Counted from the first letter of the stretch, positions 9,201 through 17,104 are shown. The stretch is 48,338 bases of DNA from an uncultured Chthoniobacter sp. (GCA_964628505.1 CAZVPK010000001.1:1-48338); one strand, 5' to 3'. The notes: generated by a model from the sequence alone, not told the origin. Numbers and translations: made by a program.

Positions 9201-9382
9201 GCGTCCGCTCCCACGTAAACCGTGGAAATGGTCACCGAGGCGTTGTCGCTGCGCGGGTATTGGCGGACGGTCAGCGTGAAGACCGCCTGGATGCCCGCGA
9301 CCAGGATCACAAGCGCCACCACCGCCGCCAGCACGGGCCGCCGGATGAAGAGGTCTGTGGGAATGGAGCGCTCGAGATTCAT
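6296..9382 (-). CDS. RND efflux transporter permease subunit (HAE1, AcrB/MdtB/MdtC-like)
   Basis: 1028 aa. N-terminus FIRRPVLAAVVALVILVAGI, two large periplasmic loops and 12 TM segments. Typical AcrB-family blocks (GLVVDDAIVIVENVERH, LIAKNGILIVEFAN). Confidence 0.95.
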   Translation of the reverse strand: MNLERSIPTDLFIRRPVLAAVVALVILVAGIQAVFTLTVRQYPRSDNASVTISTVYVGADAELVRGFITTPIERAIAAADGIDYIKSESSQGRSLITARLKLNYDPTKALSEISAKVDQVRGDLPPESEVPVIDIVSADSERAASYLRFVSDILRPNEISDYLARVVQPRLSAVPGVQRAEILGGRTFAMRIWLKPDRMAALNISPAQVRRALGANNYLSAVGRTKGALVTVNLTANTDLKTVEEFEQLVLRESGGAVVRLKDIADVSLGAEDYDSAVRFSGEQAVFMGIWVLPNANTLDVIGAVRKELDKIKTELPAGLEAGVGYDSTVYITDAIREVLKTLAETLLIVVVVIFLFLGNLRAVLVPVVAIPLSILGAVFLMQVAGFTVNLLTLLAIVLCVGLVVDDAIVIVENVERHMSEGMSPFDAAILGARELVGPVVSMTVTLAAVYLPIGLQGGLTGSLFREFAFTLAGAVMVSGLVALTISPAMSAALLKPGLEERGFAKVVGGVFKRFRDGYGVLLDKVLANRPAAYAVWAVVVLLCVPMFILSPTELAPDEDQGVIFGIIEAPADATLEETVRYADEATRIFLSTPETSYTFQLTQPTFGFGGMVLKPWGERTRTPKDLQPEIARQLSGLAGIKMFPVTPAALPGGGDFPVEFLIASTAEPEQILEIAQTLQRKAMESGMFAFPPIIDTKIDQPRTEILLDRDKIASLGLDLRQIGEDLSAMLGGNFVNRFNIDGRSYKVIPQIQRVDRLNPDQLQQIYVTGPDGRLMPLGAVATLKNSAEPRSLNRFQQLNAVKLSGVAIRPLDQALRFLEDEAAKIMPPGYVIDYTGESRQLRAEGGSKFLVTFALAVMMIFLVLAAQFNSFRDPLIILLGSVPLAMFGALVFTFLKMPSPNVPFWTNGWTTTLNIYSQIGLVTLVGLIAKNGILIVEFANQLRARGHGKLAAVREASLTRFRPIIMTTLATVFGHFPLVLVTGAGAAARNSIGLVLVGGMAIGTLLALFIVPCLYMLLSGRKDRGNP

Positions 9383-9416
9383 TCGCGGTCCTCCGTCGTT
9401 TCTGTCCGGAGCGGCA

Positions 9417-10544
9417 TCAGGTGTTTTCCGGGTTGGGAGTCGTGGAGGGTTTCGGGGCGAGGGAATTGTCCACCTTCACCCGTGAGCCGTTGCGCAGCTT
9501 GAACGCGCCGGCCGAGACGACCTGGTCTCCCGCTTTCAATCCTTCGGTCACCGCGATGAAGTCTCCCATCGTGCGACCTGTGCGGATGAACCGCTGCTCG
9601 ACGACGAGTTCGGTTTCGCCGTCGGCCCCCGGTTTTTCCAGAATCACAAAAACCGAATCGCCGTAGGAGGCGCGGAGCACGGCGGTGAGCGGCACGCGCA
9701 AAACCTCGTCGGCCCCGCCCGGGAAAATTTCCACCCGGGCGAACATGCCGGGGCGCAGGGCGCCGTCGGGGTTTTGCAGGGTCCCCTGCAGGCGGATGTT
9801 GCGGGTCACGCGATCCACTTCGGAATTGATGGCGGTGAGGGTTCCCTCGAAATCGCGGCCGGGATAGGCATCGGTGCGGACGAGGATTTTCTGGCCCGGG
9901 GACAGGGTGGAAATGAGCTGCTGGGGCAGGAGGAAGTCGATGAAGACCGGGTCGAGGGATTGGAGGGAGACGATCTTGTCGCCGTGCTCGACGAACTGGC
10001 CGAGGTTGACTTCGCGGATTCCCAGGCGGCCTGTGAAGGGCGCGCGGACCTGTTTTTTGGAGATGGCGGCGCGGAGTTGCTCGACTTGGGCCGTGATCTT
10101 GCGGAGTTGGGAATCGGCGGCGTCGAGATCGGACTGCGGAACGGCGTTGCTGGCGCGCAGAGATTTCGTGCGCGCGTAGACCGTCTGGGCGAGATCGGCC
10201 TCCGCCTCGGCCGAGCGCAGGGTGGCGGCCTCGGCCTCGGTGTCGAGTTCCAGCAGCAAATCCCCCTCGTTCACCTCCGCGCCGTTTTGAAAATGAATCG
10301 CCGAGACGATGCCGGGCGACTCGGCGGCCAGATCGGCCCCCTGCACCGCGCGAACGGAACCGACCGATTCCACGCTGCGCACCCAGTGGTCGGTCTCGAC
10401 GGAAATGGCACTGACCGTATCCACGGGCCGTTGGCGGGTTTTTCCGGAATCGATCAGGGCGCGGATTTGAAGGGCCTTCACCCCGGCGATCACTGCGACC
10501 AGCAGGAGAATCGTCAAAGCGGTGAGCAGGATTTTTTTGATCAT
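9417..10544 (-). CDS. RND efflux periplasmic adaptor (MFP, AcrA/MdtA-like)
   Basis: 375 aa. N-terminal membrane anchor, coiled-coil hairpin (AEAEADLAQ...DAADSQLRKITAQVEQLRAA), then VRAPFTGRLG lipoyl/beta-barrel motifs. Ends 34 nt upstream of the RND gene. Confidence 0.9.
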   Translation of the reverse strand: MIKKILLTALTILLLVAVIAGVKALQIRALIDSGKTRQRPVDTVSAISVETDHWVRSVESVGSVRAVQGADLAAESPGIVSAIHFQNGAEVNEGDLLLELDTEAEAATLRSAEAEADLAQTVYARTKSLRASNAVPQSDLDAADSQLRKITAQVEQLRAAISKKQVRAPFTGRLGIREVNLGQFVEHGDKIVSLQSLDPVFIDFLLPQQLISTLSPGQKILVRTDAYPGRDFEGTLTAINSEVDRVTRNIRLQGTLQNPDGALRPGMFARVEIFPGGADEVLRVPLTAVLRASYGDSVFVILEKPGADGETELVVEQRFIRTGRTMGDFIAVTEGLKAGDQVVSAGAFKLRNGSRVKVDNSLAPKPSTTPNPENT

Positions 10545-10549
10545 CGGGA

Positions 10550-10819
10550 TCAGTAACTACGAATGCCCCGCACCGGGCGATTCATTTCCTCGTCGAGGCG
10601 GTCGCCGAGCGCCTCCCCGGCAAAGTCCGCAGGAAGCGGAAAGCGGCCATCGTCCAAAACCGACCGCAAGCGAAAGGCGTCTTTGGACAAATCCAAACCA
10701 AGGGAGCGGCAAAGTGTTTGGGCATCGGGCAAAAGTGTCGCGAGGATTTTCCAATGGCTCAAGTCATGCCCTTGCTCGGCATGCGGTCTGGTGCGGAACG
10801 CGTGCGGCTTGCAAATCAT
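10550..10819 (-). CDS. Hypothetical protein (89 aa), second small ORF upstream of the RND operon
   Basis: ORF with His-rich N-terminus and acidic C-terminus, no family recognised. Its start overlaps the upstream ORF stop (ATGA) and its stop is 5 nt before the adaptor ATG. Moderate GC3. Coding status unproven. Confidence 0.4.
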   Translation of the reverse strand: MICKPHAFRTRPHAEQGHDLSHWKILATLLPDAQTLCRSLGLDLSKDAFRLRSVLDDGRFPLPADFAGEALGDRLDEEMNRPVRGIRSY

Positions 10820-11151
10820 CCACGGGAAGGGGTCGAGAACATGTTGAAAATCCAGCCCATGGATTCCGCCCCCTTTCGAATTGCCACGCTGATTCGAGTC
10901 ACTTCGAGTCCCTGCGAGGTCATCCAGACCTTGATGCCATCGGCCAAAAATCGATAGCCGCGGAAGTCCACATCGTCACTGTAAAGCGGGAGACCGAAGC
11001 GCTCCCTTTCCCCCTGGACGAACAATTCGCCAACCCGGAGGCCAACGGCCAATCCGCCGGCCAATCCGCCGGCCAATGCGTATTGGGCGTTGGCAGCGGT
11101 GGGATAATCGAAGAACTCGAAAAGATCCCGAACCTGGATCTCGGTTCTCAT
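10816..11151 (-). CDS. Hypothetical protein (111 aa) with a glycine-zipper segment
   Basis: ORF with balanced amino-acid composition and GC3 about 70% by hand count. Contains YALAGGLAGGLAVGLRVG, encoded by a 12-nt tandem repeat. No family recognised. Confidence 0.45.
   Translation of the reverse strand: MRTEIQVRDLFEFFDYPTAANAQYALAGGLAGGLAVGLRVGELFVQGERERFGLPLYSDDVDFRGYRFLADGIKVWMTSQGLEVTRISVAIRKGAESMGWIFNMFSTPSRG
11047..11080. repeat. 12-nt tandem repeat GGCCAATCCGCC x about 2.8 (GGCCAA occurs 4 times from 11040)
   Basis: Read directly: ggccaatccgcc ggccaatccgcc ggccaatgcg. Encodes the GGLAGGLA stretch on the minus strand. Confidence 0.85.
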
Positions 11152-11189
11152 GGAATCACAACCGGACGCGGCGTCATGGTGTCAGCCAA

Positions 11190-11203
11190 CTCAAGGCCTT
11201 GAG
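11190..11203. promoter_or_regulatory. Perfect 14-bp palindrome CTCAAGGCCTTGAG upstream of the small-ORF/RND operon
   Basis: Read directly. Lies 39-52 nt upstream of the ATG at 11151 and 14 nt downstream of the OYE stop. Confidence 0.25.
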
Positions 11204-11216
11204 GGCTTCGCAAACC

Positions 11217-12308
11217 TCAACCCGCATTCAGGAACGGGTAGTCCGTGTAGCCTTTCGCGCCGGGCGAGTAGAAGGTGGCGGGATCGGGGGCGTTGAGCGG
11301 AGCACCGGCCGCGATGCGCGCGGGCAGGTCGGGGTTGGCGAGGAACGGGGTTCCGAACGCCACGGCGTCGGCTTGCTTTTTTGAAATGGCATCCGCCGCT
11401 TCCTTGGCGGTGAAGGCCATGTTCAGCACCAAAGGACCGCGGAAATTTTCCCGCACCGGCGAAACGACATCGGCGTGTTGTTGGCCCAACAAATCCGCGC
11501 GCATGAGGTGGAGATAGGCAAGGCCGCACGTGTCGAGCCGTTTCGCGAGCCAAGTCACGAGGCCGACGGGATCGGAGTCCGACATGCTGTTGAAGCTGTT
11601 GAGCGGAGAAATCCGAACGCCCACCCGGTCGGACCCCCAAACCGCCGAGACGGCGTCGATCACCTCGAGCAAAAGACGGGCGCGGTTTTCGATGGTGCCG
11701 CCATAGGGACCGGTTCGCTTGTTCGCTCCGTCGCGCAAAAACCCGTCGAGCAGATAGCCGTTGGCCGAATGCACCTCGATGCCATCGAATCCGGCAGCCT
11801 TCGCGTTCGCGGCGGCTTTTTCAAATCCCGCCACGATTCCCGGCAACTCGTCGTCGCGCAATTCGCGCGGCACGACATACGGTTTCTTGCCCTCGGGCGT
11901 GTGGACCTCGTCGTTGGTGATCGCGATCGCGCTCGGCGCCACCGGCTGCGCGCCGTTGTTGAAGAGCGGATGGCAGGCGCGGCCCCCGTGCCAGATTTGG
12001 AGAAAAATCCTCCCGCCCTTCGCGTGGACGGCGTCGGTGACTCCGCGCCAACCCTCGATCTGGGGCTCGTTGTAAATTCCCGGCTCCGCGCAAAAGGCCG
12101 AGTTCCCCTCGATCGCCATCGTCGCCTCCGCGATGATCAGCCCCGCCGAGGCCCGCTGCGCGTAGTATTCCGCCATGAGAGGTCCGGGCACATGACCCGC
12201 CTCGGCGCGGCAACGGGTGAGCGGCGCCATGAGGATGCGGTTCGGCAACTCGAGCGCGCCGAGCGGGAGTTTTTGAAAAAGCGGTTCGATGGTTGGATTG
12301 ATGGGCAT
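11217..12308 (-). CDS. NADH:flavin oxidoreductase, Old Yellow Enzyme family (NemA-like alkene reductase)
   Basis: 363 aa: LPNRILMAPLTRCRA, LIIAEAT, FLQIWHGGR, GFDGIEVHSANGYLLDGFL. These are OYE family signatures. Confidence 0.9.
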   Translation of the reverse strand: MPINPTIEPLFQKLPLGALELPNRILMAPLTRCRAEAGHVPGPLMAEYYAQRASAGLIIAEATMAIEGNSAFCAEPGIYNEPQIEGWRGVTDAVHAKGGRIFLQIWHGGRACHPLFNNGAQPVAPSAIAITNDEVHTPEGKKPYVVPRELRDDELPGIVAGFEKAAANAKAAGFDGIEVHSANGYLLDGFLRDGANKRTGPYGGTIENRARLLLEVIDAVSAVWGSDRVGVRISPLNSFNSMSDSDPVGLVTWLAKRLDTCGLAYLHLMRADLLGQQHADVVSPVRENFRGPLVLNMAFTAKEAADAISKKQADAVAFGTPFLANPDLPARIAAGAPLNAPDPATFYSPGAKGYTDYPFLNAG

Positions 12309-12309
12309 A

Positions 12310-12702
12310 TCAGTTCGAGGATTTGAGGAAGTTCCAAAAAGCCTTGCCCGCCGCGAGGACTTGCCAGCCCGAAAGGGCCGCGATCCCGATCATCATCGGA
12401 TCGAGCAGCGAGGCCGGACCGAAGAAGAAAAGGTGGAAGGCGAAAATGTTCACAATGATCGGACCGAGGACGAGCAGTCCGAGATTGCGCGTCGCGGGAA
12501 TCGCGACCAGAACGCCGCCGGCGATTTCCAGCACCTTCACAAAGGCGAGCAACCCGGAGGCGAACATCCCCCCCAGAAACATCGCCGCGGGCGACCCCTC
12601 GGGCGGCTGGGGGATCGGGATGAACTTCAGAAAAAAATTGCTCCCGAAGACGATGAAAACCAAACCGAGCAGGGCGGCCGTGATGCGATTGAGGATTGTC
12701 AT
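12310..12702 (-). CDS. DoxX family membrane protein
   Basis: 130 aa with 4 TM segments and a DoxX-like pattern (LRITAALLGLVFIVFG...KFIP...). Its stop is 1 nt before the OYE ATG, so co-transcription is likely. Confidence 0.75.
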   Translation of the reverse strand: MTILNRITAALLGLVFIVFGSNFFLKFIPIPQPPEGSPAAMFLGGMFASGLLAFVKVLEIAGGVLVAIPATRNLGLLVLGPIIVNIFAFHLFFFGPASLLDPMMIGIAALSGWQVLAAGKAFWNFLKSSN

Positions 12703-12834
12703 GGCTCCACCACTCTTAGTGTCAAGGAGGCGGAAACCGGAGGAAAATCCGCGGAGTGCGATTCAACGGAACCATCGTTCGGCGCAGGTTCCCGCTTGCC
12801 TCCGTTTTTCAGAATCGGCACGTTTCTGGGTTCT

Positions 12835-14028
12835 ATGATCGTCGCACCCAAAATCCGTGGATTCATTTGCACCACCGCCCACCCCGCCGGCTGCGCCAAG
12901 CATGTCGCCGAGCAGATCGCCGTCGTGAAAAACCGGGGACCGATCGCCAACGCCCCGAAAAAGGTTTTGGTCATCGGATCGTCGACCGGCTACGGGCTTG
13001 CGAGCCGCATCGCCACGGCGTTCGGAGGCGGAGCGGCAACGATCGGCGTCTTTTTCGAGCGAGCCGCGGAGGGCGAGCGCACCGCCACGGCGGGATGGTA
13101 TAACACAGCCGCGTTCGAGCGCGAGGCCGCCGCCGCCGGTCTCTACGCCCTGTCCTTCAACGGCGACGCCTTTTCCGACGAACTGAAAAAAACCGTCGTC
13201 GAGGCCGTGAAACAGGACCTCGGCCAGGTCGATTGCGTGGTTTACAGCCTTGCCTCCCCCCGCCGCGTGCATCCGCGCACCGGCGAGGTTTTCAAATCCG
13301 TCCTCAAGCCGATCGGGCAATCCTACTCGAACAAAAACCTCAACACCACGAACGGCCAGGTGAACGAGGTTTCCATCGAACCCGCCAACGACGAGGAGAT
13401 CGCCCACACCACCGCCGTGATGGGCGGCGAGGATTGGGAAATGTGGATCGACGCCCTGCAACAGGCCGACGCCCTCGCTCCCGGCGTCCGCACCCTCGCC
13501 TATTCCTACATCGGACCGTCGCTCACCTGGCCGATCTACAAAAACGGAACCATCGGCCGCGCGAAGGAGGATCTCGAGCGCGCTCAGCGGGACATCGACA
13601 CCAAGCTCGCCCCGCTCGGCGGCAAGGCCTGGGTTTCGGTGAACAAGGCGCTGGTCACGCAGGCCAGCAGCGCGATTCCGGTCGTGCCGCTCTACATTTC
13701 AATCCTCTACAAGGCGATGAAGGCCGCCGGTTCGCACGAGGAGTGCGCCGAGCAGATGGACCGCCTCTTCCGCGAGCGACTCGACACCGGGAACCCCGCT
13801 GTGGACGAGGCCGGGCGCCTGCGTCTGGACGATTGGGAAATGGCGGACGACATCCAAAAACTCGTCGCCGACCGGTGGGCATCCATCACCACCGACAACC
13901 TCGCCGACCTCGCGGATTTCGCGGGTTACCAGCAGAGTTTCCACCGCCTCTTCGGCTTCGGGCTCGAGGGCGTGGACTACGGCGCGGATGTGGACATCCA
14001 CGTGCCGATTCCTTCGATCAAGGAGTGA
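12835..14028 (+). CDS. fabV: Enoyl-[acyl-carrier-protein] reductase FabV / trans-2-enoyl-CoA reductase (NADH)
   Basis: Internal ATG at 12835 of ORF 12289..14028. MIVAPKIRGFICTTAHPAGC...VLVIGSSTGYGLASRIA...AYSYIGP..TWPIY..G.IGRAKEDL...LRLDDWE is near-collinear with Vibrio FabV as I recall it. Confidence 0.9.
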   Translation: MIVAPKIRGFICTTAHPAGCAKHVAEQIAVVKNRGPIANAPKKVLVIGSSTGYGLASRIATAFGGGAATIGVFFERAAEGERTATAGWYNTAAFEREAAAAGLYALSFNGDAFSDELKKTVVEAVKQDLGQVDCVVYSLASPRRVHPRTGEVFKSVLKPIGQSYSNKNLNTTNGQVNEVSIEPANDEEIAHTTAVMGGEDWEMWIDALQQADALAPGVRTLAYSYIGPSLTWPIYKNGTIGRAKEDLERAQRDIDTKLAPLGGKAWVSVNKALVTQASSAIPVVPLYISILYKAMKAAGSHEECAEQMDRLFRERLDTGNPAVDEAGRLRLDDWEMADDIQKLVADRWASITTDNLADLADFAGYQQSFHRLFGFGLEGVDYGADVDIHVPIPSIKE

Positions 14029-14035
14029 GGCCGAA

Positions 14036-15364
14036 TCAGCGAACACGCTCGCGGATGACCTTGATCGATTGCTCGATTTGTTCGCGAACGTCCGGCGGCG
14101 GATTGGCGTCCAGCGCGGCCTGATAATTCGCGAGAGCCTGGTCGGGAAATCCGCGCCGGGCCCAGGCCTGGCCGAGAAGCGCGTGCAAATCGCCGACCGG
14201 TTGGCCGCGGCGAGCGGCCAGCGCGAGGAGTTTTTCCAAGGCCGCGGTTTCGGTGGCGGGATCGTTGTTCCTCGCCGCGATGCGGGCCTGCAAACCAAGA
14301 ATGGCGGAATCGTCCGGGAGGGACGCGGCCAGCGTGGCGGATTTTTCTGCGGCCTTGGCGATCGCACCCGACTCGAACAGCGCGAGCGCCTCCAGATACC
14401 GGGCCGGGATCGAGCGGGGATTTTTTTTCAAAACCGATTCAACCGTTTCAAGCACGTCCGCCCAGCGTCCCTCCGAAGCCGCGAACTGCGCGGAGTGAAC
14501 GAGCACCTGGTTTGTTTCGGAGAGTTCCAGCGCATGGCCGAGAAGTTGGCGCGCTTTTTCGGATTGCCCGATCGCCTGTTGAACCATCGCGGACTGTGCG
14601 AGAAAAAGGGCCTGGTTTTCCTTGGTCTCGAATTTCCGCTTCGCCAGATCGAGCGACGCGATCTCCGGGGCGGTTTGTTCGCGGACGAAAAGAAGCCCGT
14701 GGTTGTCCGCCACCGCCAGGCTCCAACCCGGCATCGACCGGATCATGTCCAGGAATGGACTCGGCCGCACATCGCCTCCGGCGAACACGATTCCGGCAAA
14801 AGGATTTTTGCGGTCCTCCGCGCGCCAATCGGCCAGCGAGGCCTGAAGCCGGGCGGATTGCCCGGGATGGAATCCGGATTCGATTTTTGAAGGAGCGAAA
14901 AGCGGAGCGAAACAATGCGCGGATGGATTGAAAAAAATCCGGCCCTCGAGTTGCTGCGCCTTTTCAAGAAGATCCACAGGGGCGAGCAGTCGCGGCTCGC
15001 GAACCGCGCCGAGAGAGGTTTTCCAGCCGTTCCAAAGCCCCCAGAAAAAAACCGACACGACCACGGCGGTCCAAATCCCCAGGGCGGGACGGCGAAACCT
15101 TTCCGGCAGGCGCGTCAACAAAATCGCGGAAAGAGCGAGAAGGAGAAAAACCGGGAGGGCGGCTTCCAGGGCGCCCGCCAAGTCGGCGGCGATCCAACCG
15201 CCCCGCTCCCGGGCGAGCGCGCCCAGCGTCCCGGAAAATCCCGCCTCGCCGGCCATGCCCGCGGCGACGCGGCGAAGCGTTTCCTCGCGGTCGATGAACA
15301 CACCCGAGGCCGCGGCCAGCGCCGCGGCGAGGCAGGCAAGGAGGATCGGAAGGACTTTTTTCAC
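14036..15364 (-). CDS. TPR-repeat membrane protein (hypothetical)
   Basis: N-terminal signal/TM segments and a C-terminal run of TPR-like helices (ALFLAQSAMVQQAIGQSEKARQLLGHALEL..., GQAWARRGFPDQALANYQAALDANP). The ORF is open to TTG 15391. GTG 15364 gives the signal-like N-terminus KKVLPILLACLAAALAAASG. Confidence 0.65.
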   Translation of the reverse strand: MKKVLPILLACLAAALAAASGVFIDREETLRRVAAGMAGEAGFSGTLGALARERGGWIAADLAGALEAALPVFLLLALSAILLTRLPERFRRPALGIWTAVVVSVFFWGLWNGWKTSLGAVREPRLLAPVDLLEKAQQLEGRIFFNPSAHCFAPLFAPSKIESGFHPGQSARLQASLADWRAEDRKNPFAGIVFAGGDVRPSPFLDMIRSMPGWSLAVADNHGLLFVREQTAPEIASLDLAKRKFETKENQALFLAQSAMVQQAIGQSEKARQLLGHALELSETNQVLVHSAQFAASEGRWADVLETVESVLKKNPRSIPARYLEALALFESGAIAKAAEKSATLAASLPDDSAILGLQARIAARNNDPATETAALEKLLALAARRGQPVGDLHALLGQAWARRGFPDQALANYQAALDANPPPDVREQIEQSIKVIRERVR

Positions 15365-15419
15365 GGCGGATTCGGAATGGAAATTTGCCAAGGACGGGAA
15401 CGAAACCTAGCTTTGCGCC

Positions 15420-15941
15420 ATGCGCATCCACACACTGGCCATCGCGATCACCACTATGGGACTTTTTTCATTCATCGGCAAAGTCAAAGCCTTGGACGTC
15501 GGCGCCGAGGCGCCCCGCATCACCGCCGTGGACCAGGCCGGGTCCCCGCTCGACTTCGCGGACGTCTACGCCAAGGGACCGACACTGGTTTTTTTCTACC
15601 CGAAAGCCGACACCCCCGGCTGCACCGCGCAGGCGTGCTCGCTGCGCGACGCCTTTGAATCCCTCCAGGCGAAAAATCTTCAAATCCTCGGCGTGAGCCG
15701 CGACTCGGCCGAGGCCCAGAAAAAATTCCAGGAGTCCTACAAACTCCCCTTCCCTCTGGTTGCCGACAAGGACGGCAAGGTCGCCGAGGCGTTCGGCGTT
15801 CCCGCGATGGGCGGCGTTCTTCCCTTTTCCAAGCGGCAATCGTTTTTGATTCAAAACGGGAAGATCGTTTGGAAAGCGGAATCCGCCCAGACCGCCAAGC
15901 ACGCCAAGGAAGTCCAGGCCGCGCTGGATGCGCTGCAATAG
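15420..15941 (+). CDS. bcp: Thioredoxin-dependent peroxiredoxin Bcp (PrxQ)
   Basis: VFFYPKADTPGCTAQAC (peroxidatic Cys motif), GVSRDSAEAQKKF, FPLVADKDG. An alternative start at ATG 15456 would remove the hydrophobic N-terminus. Confidence 0.85.
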   Translation: MRIHTLAIAITTMGLFSFIGKVKALDVGAEAPRITAVDQAGSPLDFADVYAKGPTLVFFYPKADTPGCTAQACSLRDAFESLQAKNLQILGVSRDSAEAQKKFQESYKLPFPLVADKDGKVAEAFGVPAMGGVLPFSKRQSFLIQNGKIVWKAESAQTAKHAKEVQAALDALQ

Positions 15942-15947
15942 CCGGCT

Positions 15948-16694
15948 TCAGCGGTCGGAAACTCCCGTCAAATCCTGCACCGAGGCCAGGCTCCCGCGGC
16001 GCACGATCATGAAGCACATGCCGTCCTGTTGACGGATGGCCGCCGCGAACCGGTCGTCGATCCGCACCGTGCGCCACTCGCCTTCGGGGATTTCGACTCC
16101 AAAGGGCTCCGCCTCGAAAACCACAAAGCGCGAGTCGCGCCCGGGCACGACCACCACCGCCACATCCTGGTTCCGGACCTTCAGGATGCCGCCGGTCTGC
16201 GCCAGATTCGCGGCCAGATGCTCCGGCACCTTGAACCCGTCGAATCCCTTCATGAGAAACCAGTCCTCGACCTCGCCCGCGGGTTCCCCCACCTCGTCGA
16301 ACGGTTCGTCCTCGATCTCGATCACCGTTTCGGCGATCTCGGCGGCATCGGGCGGAAACGCGGCGGGACGTCCCAAAAAATTCCAGACCAGCAAGGCCAC
16401 CAGGAGGAGAAAACCCAGGGCCGCCGCCAGAATCGCGGGATCCCCGGGCTGGAAACGCCGCGCCGGCAGGGCCGCCACCGCCTCCGCGAGAGCCTGCTCC
16501 ACCTCGGCGGGCACTTCCGCCCCGGCGAGAATTTTCCTCCCCTGGCGGTCGAGAACCGTTTGCTTTTCGTAATCCTCCAGAAGCTCGGGCGAGCCGGGCA
16601 GGGCCTTGAGGGCCTTCTGGACGGACGAGGGAGCCGCCTCGACCGCATCCTCGAGGTGCATCGTCAGAATTTTGCGGGCGGCGGCGGGGGTCAT
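15948..16694 (-). CDS. Putative anti-sigma factor (single-pass membrane protein)
   Basis: 248 aa starting at the ATG at 16692-16694 within the 456-aa track ORF. Cytoplasmic N-domain, one TM (ILAAALGFLLLVALLVWNFL), extracytoplasmic C-domain. Its start overlaps the sigma-like ORF stop (ATGA). Confidence 0.5.
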   Translation of the reverse strand: MTPAAARKILTMHLEDAVEAAPSSVQKALKALPGSPELLEDYEKQTVLDRQGRKILAGAEVPAEVEQALAEAVAALPARRFQPGDPAILAAALGFLLLVALLVWNFLGRPAAFPPDAAEIAETVIEIEDEPFDEVGEPAGEVEDWFLMKGFDGFKVPEHLAANLAQTGGILKVRNQDVAVVVVPGRDSRFVVFEAEPFGVEIPEGEWRTVRIDDRFAAAIRQQDGMCFMIVRRGSLASVQDLTGVSDR

Positions 16695-17104
16695 GGGGTT
16701 ACGGACAGTTTTCCCGACAATTCGGCTCGGGCCACTCCGAGAATGCCGGGGAGATCCCGCTCGGGCACTCCCAGCACATCGGCCAACTGGTGCGCGCCGA
16801 ACATCCTCGAATAAAAAAGCGCCAGCGCGCTGCGGCCGGGTTCCTCGAGCCGGTGAAACAAAAACAAATCCGCGGGGCCGCGAAAATCGACCTCGGCGCA
16901 TCGCGGCAAACCGGCTCCCTCCCGGCGCAAAAGGGCGAAAAACAAACGGCGGCGGCGGTGAACACTCACCACATCCTGACGCCGGCCGATTTCCACGACG
17001 ACGGACCCCACCAACTCCGACGCCCGGGAGGAATCCCCGGTCAGCACAACCGCATAAATCCAAGCCATGCGCAAAAAGCGCCAATCTTTCGGGAGGTGGG
17101 CCAT
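16691..17104 (-). CDS. Short sigma-70/ECF-like factor (137 aa)
   Basis: Region-2-like AWIYAVVLTGDSSRASELVGSVVVEI and region-4 HTH-like EPGRSALALFYSRMFGAHQLADVLGVPERDLPGILGVARAEL. Shorter than a canonical ECF sigma. Confidence 0.5.
   Translation of the reverse strand: MAHLPKDWRFLRMAWIYAVVLTGDSSRASELVGSVVVEIGRRQDVVSVHRRRRLFFALLRREGAGLPRCAEVDFRGPADLFLFHRLEEPGRSALALFYSRMFGAHQLADVLGVPERDLPGILGVARAELSGKLSVTP

Noticed and set aside
6242-9502. 1086-aa plus-strand ORF
   Set aside because: It is exactly antisense to the RND pump gene. It is rich in Arg/Gly/Asp/His and has no TM segments or motifs, so it is a GC-driven artefact.
11047-11080. Short tandem repeat considered as a CRISPR or mini-array
   Set aside because: It is a 12-nt unit with no spacers and fewer than 3 copies, and it lies in frame within an ORF. 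This is simple slipped-strand duplication, not CRISPR.
10522-11202. 226-aa plus-strand ORF across the spacer between the OYE and MFP genes
   Set aside because: It is codon-aligned antisense to ORF111/ORF89. Its N-terminal half is not protein-like (Arg/Ser/Pro-rich), and it would run head-on into the MFP start. The minus-strand pair fits the operon grammar better, though neither reading is proven.
12289-12834. N-terminal extension of the fabV ORF (579-aa version)
   Set aside because: It is antisense to the DoxX gene and compositionally biased. FabV homology begins exactly at MIVAPKIRGF (ATG 12835).
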